Source of the DNA: Paraspadella gotoi
Taxonomy: Eukaryota > Animalia > Chaetognatha
DNA length: 64,000 bases
NCBI GenBank assembly: GCA_051294375.1
Contig: JBJCIZ010000028.1
Coordinates: forward strand, 1,301,576 to 1,365,575
Direction: 5' to 3'
Shown: piece by piece, positions 1 to 11,700 of the stretch
Layout of the letters: each line of letters starts with the position of its first letter
Position numbering within the stretch: the stretch's first letter is position 1
The notes under the pieces: generated by a model
Seen by the model: only the letters and a program-made list of their open reading frames with translations
Databases searched by the model: none
What the model was told of the DNA's origin: nothing
Made by a program: the position numbers and the translations under genes

Positions 1-232
1 ATCCAGGAATTGAGTGAAGACCGGGGAGACCTGGAGACGGAAAGAAAAGGCTTTAATCTCATTTGCATTTTATCGTATTTGTATATTTATTAAAATATTT
101 ACATTTACACATACAAGTAAGAGCAAGAAAACCAGAACCAGAAATACCATTCTAAAACGACCGGAATCACAACCACGACGCCGACAACATCAACAACAAT
201 AACATCAATGGTAACAACAACAATTAAGGCAC

Positions 233-1673
233 CTCCTTGGACTCGACGGATCCTAACAGATGCCCGCATCTGTCGTTGAATTTGTGGCCAAAGGAGAGCC
301 AGTCCTTCTCGATGAGAGCCTCGATGCCGCGAATGGTTCGGTAGTGAGGATCGAGCATCACTTGGGCCAAGGAACAAGTCTGGGCCGTTCGATCCCAACC
401 GTCTTTTGAGTCGTTGAGGGGGGAAAAACAAATTTCATGTTTTTTTGTCATTATTACTTCTAGACATTATTACTCCTTAAAATATAGGGAACTATGGCAA
501 CGGGAGGATAGCCTGTGATACCCGGGGCGCGGGGTATCTCACCAACTGGCGTAGGGGCTGCGGACCCTCAGTGACCGCCTCCTGTCACTGGCATGTTTAT
601 ACCGGCACCGTCACATTTTAAGCCAGAACCGGGATACCCAGGGATTGAACCCGGGACGCACGGATGGAATGAGATGATTTAGCCTGCTCAGCCATTGAGA
701 CGAGGCTGAGGACGGACAGCAGTGAGGCAGCTTTAAGTCTTGCTGCCACAGAACAATTAAATAAAGTGTTAAACGGTAATAAGCATTGAGAAAAAATAAT
801 AAGTAATAATATTTTTTTTCAGAAAATTCACTAAAACGAAGTGTTACAAATTTAACAAAATCTTTCGCGATATTTGTTTACCATACCCGCCCACATTTGG
901 CACACACGACCACTCACTACCCACACGACCACACACTACCCACACCCGCCTTAACCTGAGCAGTGGACGAGAACGGAGACCCGCTCGACGGCGACGGCGC
1001 GGGCGATGAAGGCCGACGTCTTGAGGATGGCCTGGATGTGTTTGAGCCAACCCGTAGAATCCACGCCCGACAAATAACCCGACATCGTCGGCTGGAGAGA
1101 CTCCAGCTGCTCCAGAAGCTTTTGAAGACTGGAGCGCATGACGTGGATGTTCTCCACACCTGTGGATGAAAAGGGAAAAGAAAAATGATGGAATAAGAAA
1201 ACGTGTAAGTGGTAAAATAAAATTAAGATTAATGAAATTAATATTACCAATAGGCTATAGTATAAAATATATTCATTCGATATATGTAGGCTCTCTAGCC
1301 TCGATTTGGGTAAAAGCCTATGTTCCTCCCTTTAATCTCATGTGATAAAATGGTAACTGTAATGAACTGTTATGAACTGACCGGAGAACTTAAACTTGAT
1401 ATCCCTATAATTGTCTTCGCTCTCGTATCCTTTCCCCGACGCCCGATTCGCCATCGCGTTGATCTTGGGTCTCGTGTCCACGACGTACATAAACTTGGAG
1501 TCAGGATTCGCCCGCAGGATGATCTGCAGCAGCGTCTCATCCTCGACGCTGCGTTTCTGGAATCCTGACAGCGGCTGGCTGCTGCGGCAGATGGCGGACG
1601 CGGCGTCGCTGTGGAGGTAGGTCAGGACGGGGAGTCGACCTTTGGATCTGGAGTTGAGAAGGATATGGGGAAT

Positions 1674-1753
<80 letters not shown>

Positions 1754-3087
1754 TCACACCTGAAACCGGCGCTGCCGGCGAGGATGCTTCCGGCGGCGGA
1801 GGTAGGGACGAAAAGGTGGCGCGGGTAAGTGGGAGTCAGTTCGTAATTGTAGTTGATGTCTGCATCGGGAGATGGCGCTTATTATAAATATCTATTATTA
1901 TCCCGACAAATTTATTGAATTCCTCACCGCTGAGTTTCCAGAACTCGTTGGGCACTCCCATCCGCTCATACTCGGATCGAAGATCGAAGAAGTCCCACCC
2001 GTGTTGCTTGACCAACAGCGGGTCGTTGGAGTTGTAGGAGAAGGCGTAAAGTTCTGAGAAGACGCGGGGCTTGGAAAGCTTGGTCAAGGAGACAACCATC
2101 TCGTGGCACTCGCGTTCTGCAACAAGGGGGAATTGCTTGGTCAAGGAGACTATCATCTTCTGACATTCGCTTTTAAAGTAGAGAAGAATTTGTCTGGTCA
2201 AGGAATCGACTCCGAAATGGAAGACCCATATCTTGTACTATCATTTGCATTCTGAGCAAGGGTAGTTTGCTTGGTGAAGGAACTACTATGGAGTGAGAGC
2301 CCTAAAAATATAGGACTTGATTAAGGAAACAATTGTATTTTATTGCAGTCCTGCTCTAAAAGGGGACTTTGTTTGGTCAAGGTGATTATCATCTCATGAG
2401 ATTACCTCAGCATATTTTTGCTTGGTCAATGGTAAAGAAAAAAGCTTACCTCTTGGAATGATGAAAGTGAGGGAAAGAAAAGTCTTGCACTTAATGATCA
2501 TGGGGCATCCCTGAGTCGTGAGGGGAAGTTTCTCCACCGACTCGATGTGCATCAACAAGATCCACGTCTCGGGTTTCGATCTGCGGGCGAATTCAATCCA
2601 ATCAGTTGCAAAAAGTAAGTTAAAGTGAGGAAATCCAAGAGAGAGGATGGTTATTTTATCCTGCCACGCCCATTTCAGCTGACGGAAGCAGTTCGCTTGA
2701 AAACATAAGTTTCATTATCACTCAACATTGCGAAAATAAGTAATTCTAATCAACGCCGTGCCCAAAAAAAACAATTCATTACAAATGAGATTATCGTTTG
2801 CCATTATTAATAATTATCAATTGACTGAAATAAAAAACTGGTAAAGTAATACAATGATAACTATAAATAATTGGTAATAATAATAAAGAAATAAAAACCG
2901 ACCTCTGCGAATCGACGTAAATGAGGTGGGTTGTCGTCAAGTACAGAGTCCCGACCGAATCGCCGTCACGAGCGGCGCTCATAAATCGCGCCGACGACGT
3001 CGACGACGCCGCGGAGGAACCGGCGCCGGCGTTGAGCCGATCCAAGAGCCGGACGTTGTCCACTTTGGGCGTCGTGATGTGATCCAT
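233..3087 (-). CDS. MTMR6: Myotubularin-related phosphoinositide 3-phosphatase, MTMR6/7/8 subfamily (multi-exon, 3' end beyond window start)
   Basis: Exon peptides [67 protein letters not shown], and the catalytic HCS|DGWDRTAQ split by a GT-AG intron (donor ~956, acceptor ~406). The symbol stands for the MTMR6/7/8 group. Confidence 0.92.
493..750 (-). mobile_element. Family B tRNA-headed, twister-bearing short element
   Basis: Minus strand reads TGTGGC...TTGCCATA, flanked by GAAC/GAAC (489-492, 751-754). It has a 5' hairpin GGCAGC/GCTGCC, an A-box-like TGGCTGAGCAGG and a B box GGTTCAATCC. Similar to the copies at 3974 and 19520. Confidence 0.75.
546..626 (-). ncRNA. Type-P5 twister ribozyme-like motif
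   Basis: CTGGC-ttaaa-ATGT-GA-CGG-TGCCGGTA-TAA-ACAT-GC-CAGTGAC/GTCACTG-AGGG-T-CCG-CA-GC-CCCT-ac-GCCAG. P5, P2, P3, P4 and both pseudoknots can pair. Confidence 0.75.
1674..1750. repeat. (GA)n microsatellite in an MTMR intron; similar tracts at ~3840, 26893, 61853, 63514 and 63813
   Basis: Direct dinucleotide run. Confidence 0.95.
2070..2435 (-). repeat. Degenerate ~50-60-nt tandem copies of the MTMR exon 3 start inside the preceding intron
   Basis: Exonic ATGGTTGTCTCCTTGACCAAGC recurs in degenerate form at ~2137, 2193, 2269, 2316, 2371 and 2420. Confidence 0.7.
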
Positions 3088-3520
3088 GGCGTCGGGGAGG
3101 AGGAAGAGGAGGTCCTCAACTGCTTCACTCAAGTCTGATCCATTTCGTCGCTCAGGTTGCTTCTTTTAATTTCGTTCGTAGAATCGACGATTCAATTGTT
3201 CGTCGCGTTCGTTAAAAAAGCGAACAATTCAACCAGAAATCAAAGAGAGAGAGAAATACGCGTTTGTCACTCGTCGACGCTGAAACTTTTTTTTGTCATT
3301 TCAGTTGGTTTTTTTGTTTTTTAAAATTCGGGAATATCTGTCGTTTTTGTCTTATTAAATCGATTTTCATCATAATATATGAACCAACAAAATAAGTCAA
3401 TATAAATAAGCGTAAGGAAACAACGACGGCGATAACAAAGAAGATATTGTTTATCCGTTACATCCATTCAGTTCTTTCCAACAAAAGTCCTTCCAGCCCC
3501 CCCCCACCCCACCCTCCTCC

Positions 3521-3841
3521 TCAGTTCTTCTTTTTCTTCTTCTTCTGCGGCGCCTGCTCCGCCGCGTCGGCCTCCAGCTCCGCCTGATACGCGACGATCA
3601 ACGCGTCCGCCGTCGCTGGAGCGGCGGGACAGTAGCGGGAGTACTCCATGGTGTACTCTCCCTGACCCATGGTGGTGGAGCGGAGTTCGGTGGTGAAGCC
3701 GAACATTTCGCTGAGCGGAACTTCGCACACGACGACGAAGAAGCCGTCGTGGATCTCGCTGCCGTGGAGGAGGGCGCCGCGTTGCTGGAGTTGAGCCACG
3801 ACTCCTTTTTGATATTCTTGAGGGACGGAGACCTGTTGTGA

Positions 3842-3898
<57 letters not shown>

Positions 3899-6800
3899 GA
3901 AAAAATGGGATGAAATGATGAATATGGTTTTAATGTTTATTTCCTTAACAACATTAAGGCAAATTAGAGACATTGTGGCGAAGACTAAATTCGCCTCTCA
4001 TAAAGCATGGTGAAACTCAGCTCGTCCCATTGGGTTGGACAGCTAAGTACTCGTTCACCAACCGTGAATTCCGGGTTCAATCCCCTCACGGTCACGCTGG
4101 GTAAAGTGTGATGGTGTCGGTATAAAACAGGCCAGTGACATGGAGTGGTCACTGCAGGTCCAAAGCCCGGAGCGCCAGCTGTCGGGAGATGCCTCACACT
4201 CCGGGCATCCCACATGTCTCCCCTTTGCCATATAATAGCATTTTTTCAGAAAATTTATTTTACCAAAATAGCATGTTGTTTGAAATATCTTTTGGTTCTT
4301 GCTTAACCTAAAAAAAGATGCAAATTTCAACAATTTCCTTATGGGAACCAAAGACAAAAAACCAACTGAAAAGCCAGTTAGATTCTCTTGATTAAGAGAG
4401 GAATCGAATACTATAGAGTAAAACCATTGAGCGATTAAGTATCAATCAATTATTAAAATCACGTTTGCAACACCCCCCGTCCCTCGCTCATCAAATGACC
4501 TCGACTTTCATAACGGGTTCGATGATTTGCCACTGGGCCGAGACGAAGAGTTCCTTCATCGCTCCTTCGGCCGCCAACTGAAAGGAGTAATCAGAGGAGT
4601 CGACGGGATGATGATTTCCATCGATGAGGCGGAATTTGACTCCAGTGATTCGATGACCCGAGAGAGGGCCTTTCTCGCAGCTCAGTTCGAATCCTTTCTT
4701 CACGCCTGAACCGGGTAAAGGGGGGAAGCGGGTTTAAGATGGTTTTTTTTTCTTGATTTTTTGTTTCTTATTTAGTTTCCGTCTTTTCTTTTGTTTTGAA
4801 GTCACGAAAAAAGTATTGCGGACAATCTTTATAGAAATTAAAACAGAGACGCCGAAAAGTCAGTCACAATTTCTGAAAAGATCCAACAGTCAACAACATT
4901 AATCTATGTACAACAACAAAAAAACAACACAATCTTACAACACGACAATCGCGACATAAATCAATTTATTTTATTAATCCAAGTCCCAAGCAATCCCCAC
5001 TTACCCGGCACGAAATGCTTGGGGATGTTCGTCCCCGTCGTCTCGTCGGAGAACTCAAGCTTAGTATTCTTGTCGGCGGGTAAAGGCTCTACTTTTCCCT
5101 CGACGATCCCGAACTGGCCGCGCCCGCCCGACTGTCGCTTGTGTTGATACCAGTAGCGATGGGTTTTGGCCAGAGTCTCGCGGAAGGCCACCTTGGGTTG
5201 ACCCAGGACAACCTCAAATTGGAAAAGGGGGTCAAGTTAAGGGTGGATGTTTTATGATAGTATGTCTGGTTTTTGACGTACAGATTGTCAGAAATACGAG
5301 ATCTACAAGTGCATTAATTATAAAAGACATGAAAACAAATAATATCTTTCGTTTTTTTTTCTCAAAAACTGAATTAGTCCAGCTATAAAAATCGAATCCG
5401 ACTAAAACATTCAAAAAGGTTGTTTTGAGAATTTAATTATTCAATTAGGGAATTAATAAAGAGTGAAATCTATAGAGAGAGACGAAACCCCCCCCCCGCC
5501 CTTCACCTCGCATCCGTACTCCCTCTCCATCCTCTGTCCATAAACTTCGAGCTGCAATTCTCCCATTCCCGAAACGATGAACTCTTTAGTGACGGAATCG
5601 AAGCTGTAGTGAAACGTGGGATCTTCCTTCGTGAACCGATTCAACGCCTTCATGAAAGTGTCCGCCTCTTTGCTCTTGGGAGCGATTGCCATAGAGACGA
5701 CGGGGTCGGGGACGAACATGGACTCCATCACCAGGTGTCGCGTCTCTTTCCCGACGAAGGTGTCGCCAGAGGCGCAGTCGACGCCGAAGATGGCGCAGAT
5801 GTCGCCGGCCCGCGCTTCGGACACTTCCTCCATGTTTTGGGCGTGCATGCGGACGAGACGGGATACGCGGACCTGGGTAATTTTGAAACAAGAATTAGGA
5901 AGAAGTCGGATCAGCCGGAAGCTCGAGCAACCCTTTTGATTATATATCGCTATATAATATATATAAATATACATGTATTTTATATTTCTGTTTTGCCTCC
6001 CGACTTTGCTTTGGACAAACTAAGTTGGGTTACTAATAAATCGTGTTGAGTAATGAGTATTTTTTTAAAAATTATCGCGTCCGAGCGTTCTGCTCAAAGC
6101 GGGAATAATTGGTAATTAATTCTTTAACAATTAAATTTGGCACAAAGAAAACGGTTTCCATCCACTTCCCTTCTTCTTTTCCGGGATCACCTTTTTTCCC
6201 GTCCGCACGTTGGTCACACTGGCGCCTTTGTCCAAGATCCCTTGATAGACCCTGATATAGGTCAACTGACCGTAGCGCCCCTGCTCGAGTTTAAACGCCA
6301 GTCCGAGAAAAGGCGCGTCACGTGTCCTCGCGTTGGACAGCGGGACCCGCTTCACGTTCTCCGGGTTCGTCTCGTCCAAAGCGAAGTGGGAGACCTCGTG
6401 CGGTTTGGGGAGATAGCGGACGATCGCGTCGAGGAGATGTTGGACGCCCTTGTTCTTGAGGGCAGAACCGAGCATGATCGGCGTGAAGGATCGAGCGATG
6501 CAGGTTCGTCGGATGGCGTCGTGGAGTTGAGATGCAGACGGAGTCTTCTCGTTGAGGAACATTTCGGCAATTTGGTCGTCCGCGTTGCCGATGGCGGCGA
6601 TCAGTTCCTAAGAGTCACGGGGAGGGGGGGCGACTTTCAGCTATAAATGAGCCGGATGTTCTGGACCATCACAACAGAGAAAGAAGAAAGAGTGTTGGTT
6701 AATGCCTAGCATGTAGGGCGAAGGAATAATTTAAAACCCGAGTTATTATCATTTTAAAACTACGAGTCTCATCCCCGGCCATCTCAGCAAAATGACAACC

Positions 6801-8405
6801 TCCAAATACGAAGAAACATTTCTCGAATCTAATTAATTCATCCTCGCCCTTCCCAGTCCCCACCTCACCTCACCCCACCTCACCTCACCTCACCTCACCT
6901 CTCTCCTCTCGGCCGCCTCGGCCCGATGCTCGACCGGGATCTCTTCTTCCCTGATCACTGTCCCCATCGGATCCTCGAAGAAGGCCGCCTTCTCCTCGAT
7001 GAGATCGATGACCCCTTTCGTCTCCGCCCCGAGCCCGACGGGCATCTGGATCGGGGCGCAATTGTGACCCAGCTTGGTGCGGACGTGGCCGGCGACCCGC
7101 ATGGGGTCCGCCCCCGTCCGGTCGATCTTGTTGACGAAGGCGACGCATGGGACGCCGTAGCGACGCATTTGACGATTGACGGTCAGAGTTTGACTTTGGA
7201 CGCCGCCGACGGCGCAGAGAACGAGGACGGCGCCGTCGAGGACGCGGAGGGCGCGTTCGACCTGGAGGAAGAGGGGGGTGGAGGGGGGTGGAGAGGGCGT
7301 TTAGTAATTGCGTTATCCTCTTCCGTTCCGTTTCGTTCTTCTTTTTCCGTTAATTATTGCATTATTTTCTCTCTTTTCGTTGCTAAGTGAATATTAGGAA
7401 ATGTTTATAGAGTGCCAATACAACGATTTTTTATTATCAATAGTACATGTTTCGACTCTGCTGGTTCGAGTCTTCATTAATTAATTATTTAAATAAAACC
7501 TTGCCCTTCGTTTTCCATAGGCCTCCAGAGCGTATTGATCTCCAGGAAGGACAATTAAAGAATAATTCTAATCCAGTAATAACCAATTTTGTAAAGTTTC
7601 GATGTTGAAGTAATCCTTTCTTTTTCGTTGTTAGTAGTGATTAGAGAATTGACTAAGTTTTTGTTTGCAACAAATTTTATTTATAATTTCGATGTTATAT
7701 TCCCGGACTTTCAAAAAATCTCACGCCTTTGTAATCTGCTTGAACTTATTTTCCGTTTTTACGTGAGGCGTCTTAACACCCCGCCCCCACCTCGACAGTG
7801 AAGTCGACGTGTCCGGGCGTGTCGATGATGTTCACATTCACTCCCTTCCAGTCGACGTAAGTAGCGGCGGATTGGATTGTGATCCCGCGCTGTCGCTCCA
7901 ATTCCATGAAATCCATCGTGGCGCCGACTCCGTCTTTGCCTTTCACCTGAGGAGATCATTATGAAATTAGAGCGCTCTCTCTCTCTCTCTCTCTCTCTAA
8001 AAACAGACGGGTTCTCTCTCAGGCGGAAGAACTATGACAATCGCAGATCAATGATAATCTTTATTCAATGATAAGGACCTCGTGAATCTCATCGATCCGC
8101 CCCGAATAAAAGAGGAGCCTTTCGGTGAGCGTGGTCTTCCCAGAGTCGATATGAGCGGAGATTCCGATGTTACGGATGTCGTCTGCTTCGTAGACTTTGC
8201 CTTTCGCGATGTTGGAGATGTGGGTGGCTGTGGCGTAAGCGCGGCGCGGGACTGCGTGCGAGGGGGCGTGGCGGCGGTTAAGCGGTGATGTCACCACTGC
8301 CGCTGCTGTTCCGGCAGAACGCCGTCCGGGCGATGGACGCGGCAGCGGCTGAAGTGGAACCAGCCGAAGCACCGCCGCCCGCGGAGCCAGTTCGAAAAAC
8401 ACCAT
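3521..8405 (-). CDS. GFM1: Mitochondrial elongation factor G1 (about 8 exons)
   Basis: Arg/Ala-rich transit-like N-terminus; [93 protein letters not shown]; ends KKKKKKN. Confidence 0.96.
3974..4232 (+). mobile_element. Family B element in a GFM1 intron
   Basis: TGTGGCGAA..TTCGCC 5' hairpin, B box GGTTCAATCC at ~4074, 3' end TTGCCATA. Its 5' half is shared with 19520-19688. TSD is degenerate. Confidence 0.8.
4096..4179 (+). ncRNA. Type-P5 twister ribozyme-like motif (two stem mismatches)
   Basis: GCTGG-gtaaa-GTGT-GA-TGG-TGTCGGTA-TAA-aACAG-GC-CAGTGAC/GTCACTG-CAGG-T-CCA-AA-GC-CCGG-agcg-CCAGC. The TGG/CCA pseudoknot is compensatory relative to CGG/CCG. Confidence 0.7.
7444..7480 (-). ncRNA. 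Degenerate minimal (Penelope-type) hammerhead ribozyme motif
   Basis: Minus strand TTAATGA-A-GACTC-gaaccagca-GAGTC-GAAACATGTA; the CTGATGA core is mutated. Confidence 0.55.
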
Positions 8406-8731
8406 ATTTTAAATAACCAACATACAGTTTACGTAGTTTTGTATGAAATATAAACTATACTAAATAATTTTTACAAAACCTATCCATGGAAACCTAAAGA
8501 GAAAGAGTGCGGATAATTATTAATTATGACACGATGAATATATATTCATAGTAAAAAGACCAGTTCGTTTTTTTACTATACACAGCAGTAAATTAGAATA
8601 AAATCTAAATCAGGACTAAAACTAGAATATATACTACTCTGTACAATTGGCGAAAAATTCCTCAAAGACTAAAAATGAATTCGAACGCAATCAAATGAAT
8701 AGAGAATTAATTAAAAGTAATTAATTAATAA

Positions 8732-11700
8732 TTAATGCCTCAAATCCCCTTCCATGGCGGCGCAAAGAAGATTCAAACCGTCCGTGACAGGTTCTTGCTT
8801 TGAAGCAACTTGCTGTTGTTGTGGTTCGTCTTGTTTTTGCGATTGCTGTAGTGGATGTTGTTGATCTGGTTGATGTAGTTCGTCGGCGAATTCGTCGGAA
8901 TCGCGAGATTCGACGAGATCCTCGGAAGGGATCGTCGACGATGGCGACGGATCCTCGGAGAGCCTTCGTTGTTGTTGTTGTTCTATTCTTTCCTCATCTT
9001 CTTCTTCCTCCACCCCTTCCCCCTCCATTCTCAACCCGTCCGCCAGCACGGCCGCAGGCCCCTCCTCCGCTCCGAGTCCCCGCAGCGTCTCGCCCGCGTC
9101 GAAGCGCACCTGCTCCAGCGTCTCGCGATGCGGACAATCGGGATCCTCGCAGTCGCCGTTGGTGTTCCTCGCCAACGCGTCGTCCGCGATGACTCGCAGG
9201 ATCTCCACGTCGGCGCGATAGAGAGCGAGCAGTGCCTGAAAGGAACTTCTGGCGCGGATGGCGAAGGCGGCGAGGTCGGCACGCGCGGCGCCGACGTCCT
9301 TGGCCTCCTTGACGCAGCGCCGCATGACGGAGACGACTTCGCCCTGGTACCGCGACATATCTTCGGCCCGGCGCCGTGAGAGGATCACGAGACGCTTGGC
9401 CATGACGCGGTGCTCCTTGCGAAGGCGGCGAAGCTCGGAGGAGGCGGCGCCGTCGAGGGGGGCTTGATCGAGTCTTTCGTCGACGGCGACGTTGGGATCG
9501 ATCGGCGTCGAGTCAGGTTTAGCGGCGACGGGCGAGAGAGCGCCGAGATCGACTTGGCAATTCATGAAGGCGCTCATCTGGACCTGGGATTTTTTCTTTA
9601 CTATATAACTCCTTTTTTGGTTTTGTTAATATCGTTTTTAGTATAAACATTAAAAAAAAAATGTGAGCTCTTGACCCTGCTCACCTTCAACGTGGACGTG
9701 AGGCCGAGATTAAGCTTCTGATATCGATTCAAGACCCGACGGATTCGATCCATGGCCAGACCGACGTCGCCGACGCCCTTTTCCCGACAAAAGAACCCGA
9801 CGAGATGATCCAAATAGTTGGAGACGAAGTAAGAGATGATGAATTTGTGGGACAAGTAAAGGTGGGCGTGGCCCCTCGATCGGTCCACTTGCACCGGATG
9901 GATCTCCAGCACTGATCCGGCGCGGGCGGCGCTCGAGGTCGGCACCAAACGCGGCGCCGTCCTTTCCGGCGCCGATGACGGAGTCACGGATCCGTCGGCG
10001 CGGATGACCATGACTTTGCCGGATGATTTGGTCGGAGCGCCGGAGACAATTTGAGGGGACGCCGGGTTGGCGAGAAGAGTGTGGATGCGTCGGACGCCGG
10101 TGACGCCGGTTTTGATGGCGATCGAAGTCGGCGACGCCGCTCGCGGTTTCGAGTTGTTGTTGTTGTTGCCGGCGAAGACGAGAGGAATCGCTTCGTCTGA
10201 AGATCGAGGAGAGATTTTGCGCGGCGAGTCGGCATCATCTTCCGTCTTGACGGCGACGGGACCGTCGGGTTGTGGGCGTGGCTCGAGTTTATGGTCGGCG
10301 GTGACGGCGGCGGCGACAGCGTCGACGGCTTCGCTCGCGTGGAAGGTCGATGATGAACCTGAGTTAAGAAGTCGTTTCTTACACGGATTTCAAATGGGAG
10401 TAAAATGAAAAGATCGAATACTGTGGCCAAATCGCTGACGTTTTTTTTATTTTTAACTCCCAGTAGTCCAGCTTGCTTACTTTTTTTAGTTATGTGCTCA
10501 TCATTATAGAAAAAATAAAATGTTAGAAAATCTGGCCAGAGTTCCAGTTTTCCCAATTAGTTTATGGAAAATTGAAGCAAACTCCGTGAGGAGGAGGAGG
10601 CGACGCGAAGATCTTCTTCCCCCTCCCATTTCGCTTCCTTCTCCTTTTCGATCGGGGGCTTCGCGCAGCCACGAGATTTTTCCATTCTAGTTTCACTTCC
10701 CACTTTCTCTCTCTCCCGTTAAGACCTATTTCACGCTCCTCTGTAATTTTTATTATTTTCGTGTTCGTTTTTTTCATTACATACGCTTCACCACTACCTC
10801 TCGTGTTTACTTTAGCCAGAGTCTTATTTCAGGGTGGCGCCCAATGTGGGGCTCGAACCCACGACCCCAGGATTAAGAGTCCTGTGCTCTACCGACTGAG
10901 CTAACTCTTATTTCAGGGAACTCAGCCTGGAATCAATATGCAAATTGGTGAATCAATTGACTAAAATGACTGCCAGTGGTGATACCTAGAAATATTTTAT
11001 TTCATTTTATTGTAAAAACGCCGTTCTTCAATGTTTTCCAGAATATTACCGACTCACCATTTTCGCTGGAACAAGACTCGGGGTAAGTCGTTGCCTTCCC
11101 CGTCGCCACCGCCGGAGCCGCCGCCACCGCCGCCTCCGACGCAGCAGCAAGTTCCAGCTTGGGTTTTCGATCTTCATGTCCATTTTCCATTTTGGCCAAA
11201 AGTCCTTCCATCACAGAAAGACATTCCGTCTCTTTGATTTGATCGTTGGAACCAATCGACTCTGTCTCTCGATCCCGCGACTCTGTCCCTGTCATCGCCG
11301 CGCCCTCGACGCCGAAGTCCTTCCTCCGGTCGCCCATCTCGTAAAACGTGTCCTCCAACTTGACGAGTAACTCCAAGCACCCCTTGCAGACGGCGTCGAA
11401 CTCTCCTCGAGACTCCTTGGCCAACCGCGGACAGACGGCGAGGAGCCGCTCGTTGAAGAGCTGCTCCTTGGCGCTGGAGCAAGTCTCCACGGGTCCTTCG
11501 CCCCCGCAAAAGTAACATCTCACCCTGGGCCTCTTCTGGAGCGAGTTGGGCGGAGGTGGATCCCGCTTGGCCATGATCATCTCCTTGACGAAGCTCAAGT
11601 TCATCAGCGAGACGCCCCTACAAAGCTTGGCCTTGTCCGGTTGGGCTTGGTTGGGCTTGGTCCCTCCCGAGAGCAGACGAATCTTTTTAGAAATTGTTTT

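Noticed and set aside
10835-10905. Functional tRNA-Lys gene
   Set aside because: The 5' acceptor strand is missing, CCA is encoded, and a TSD is present.
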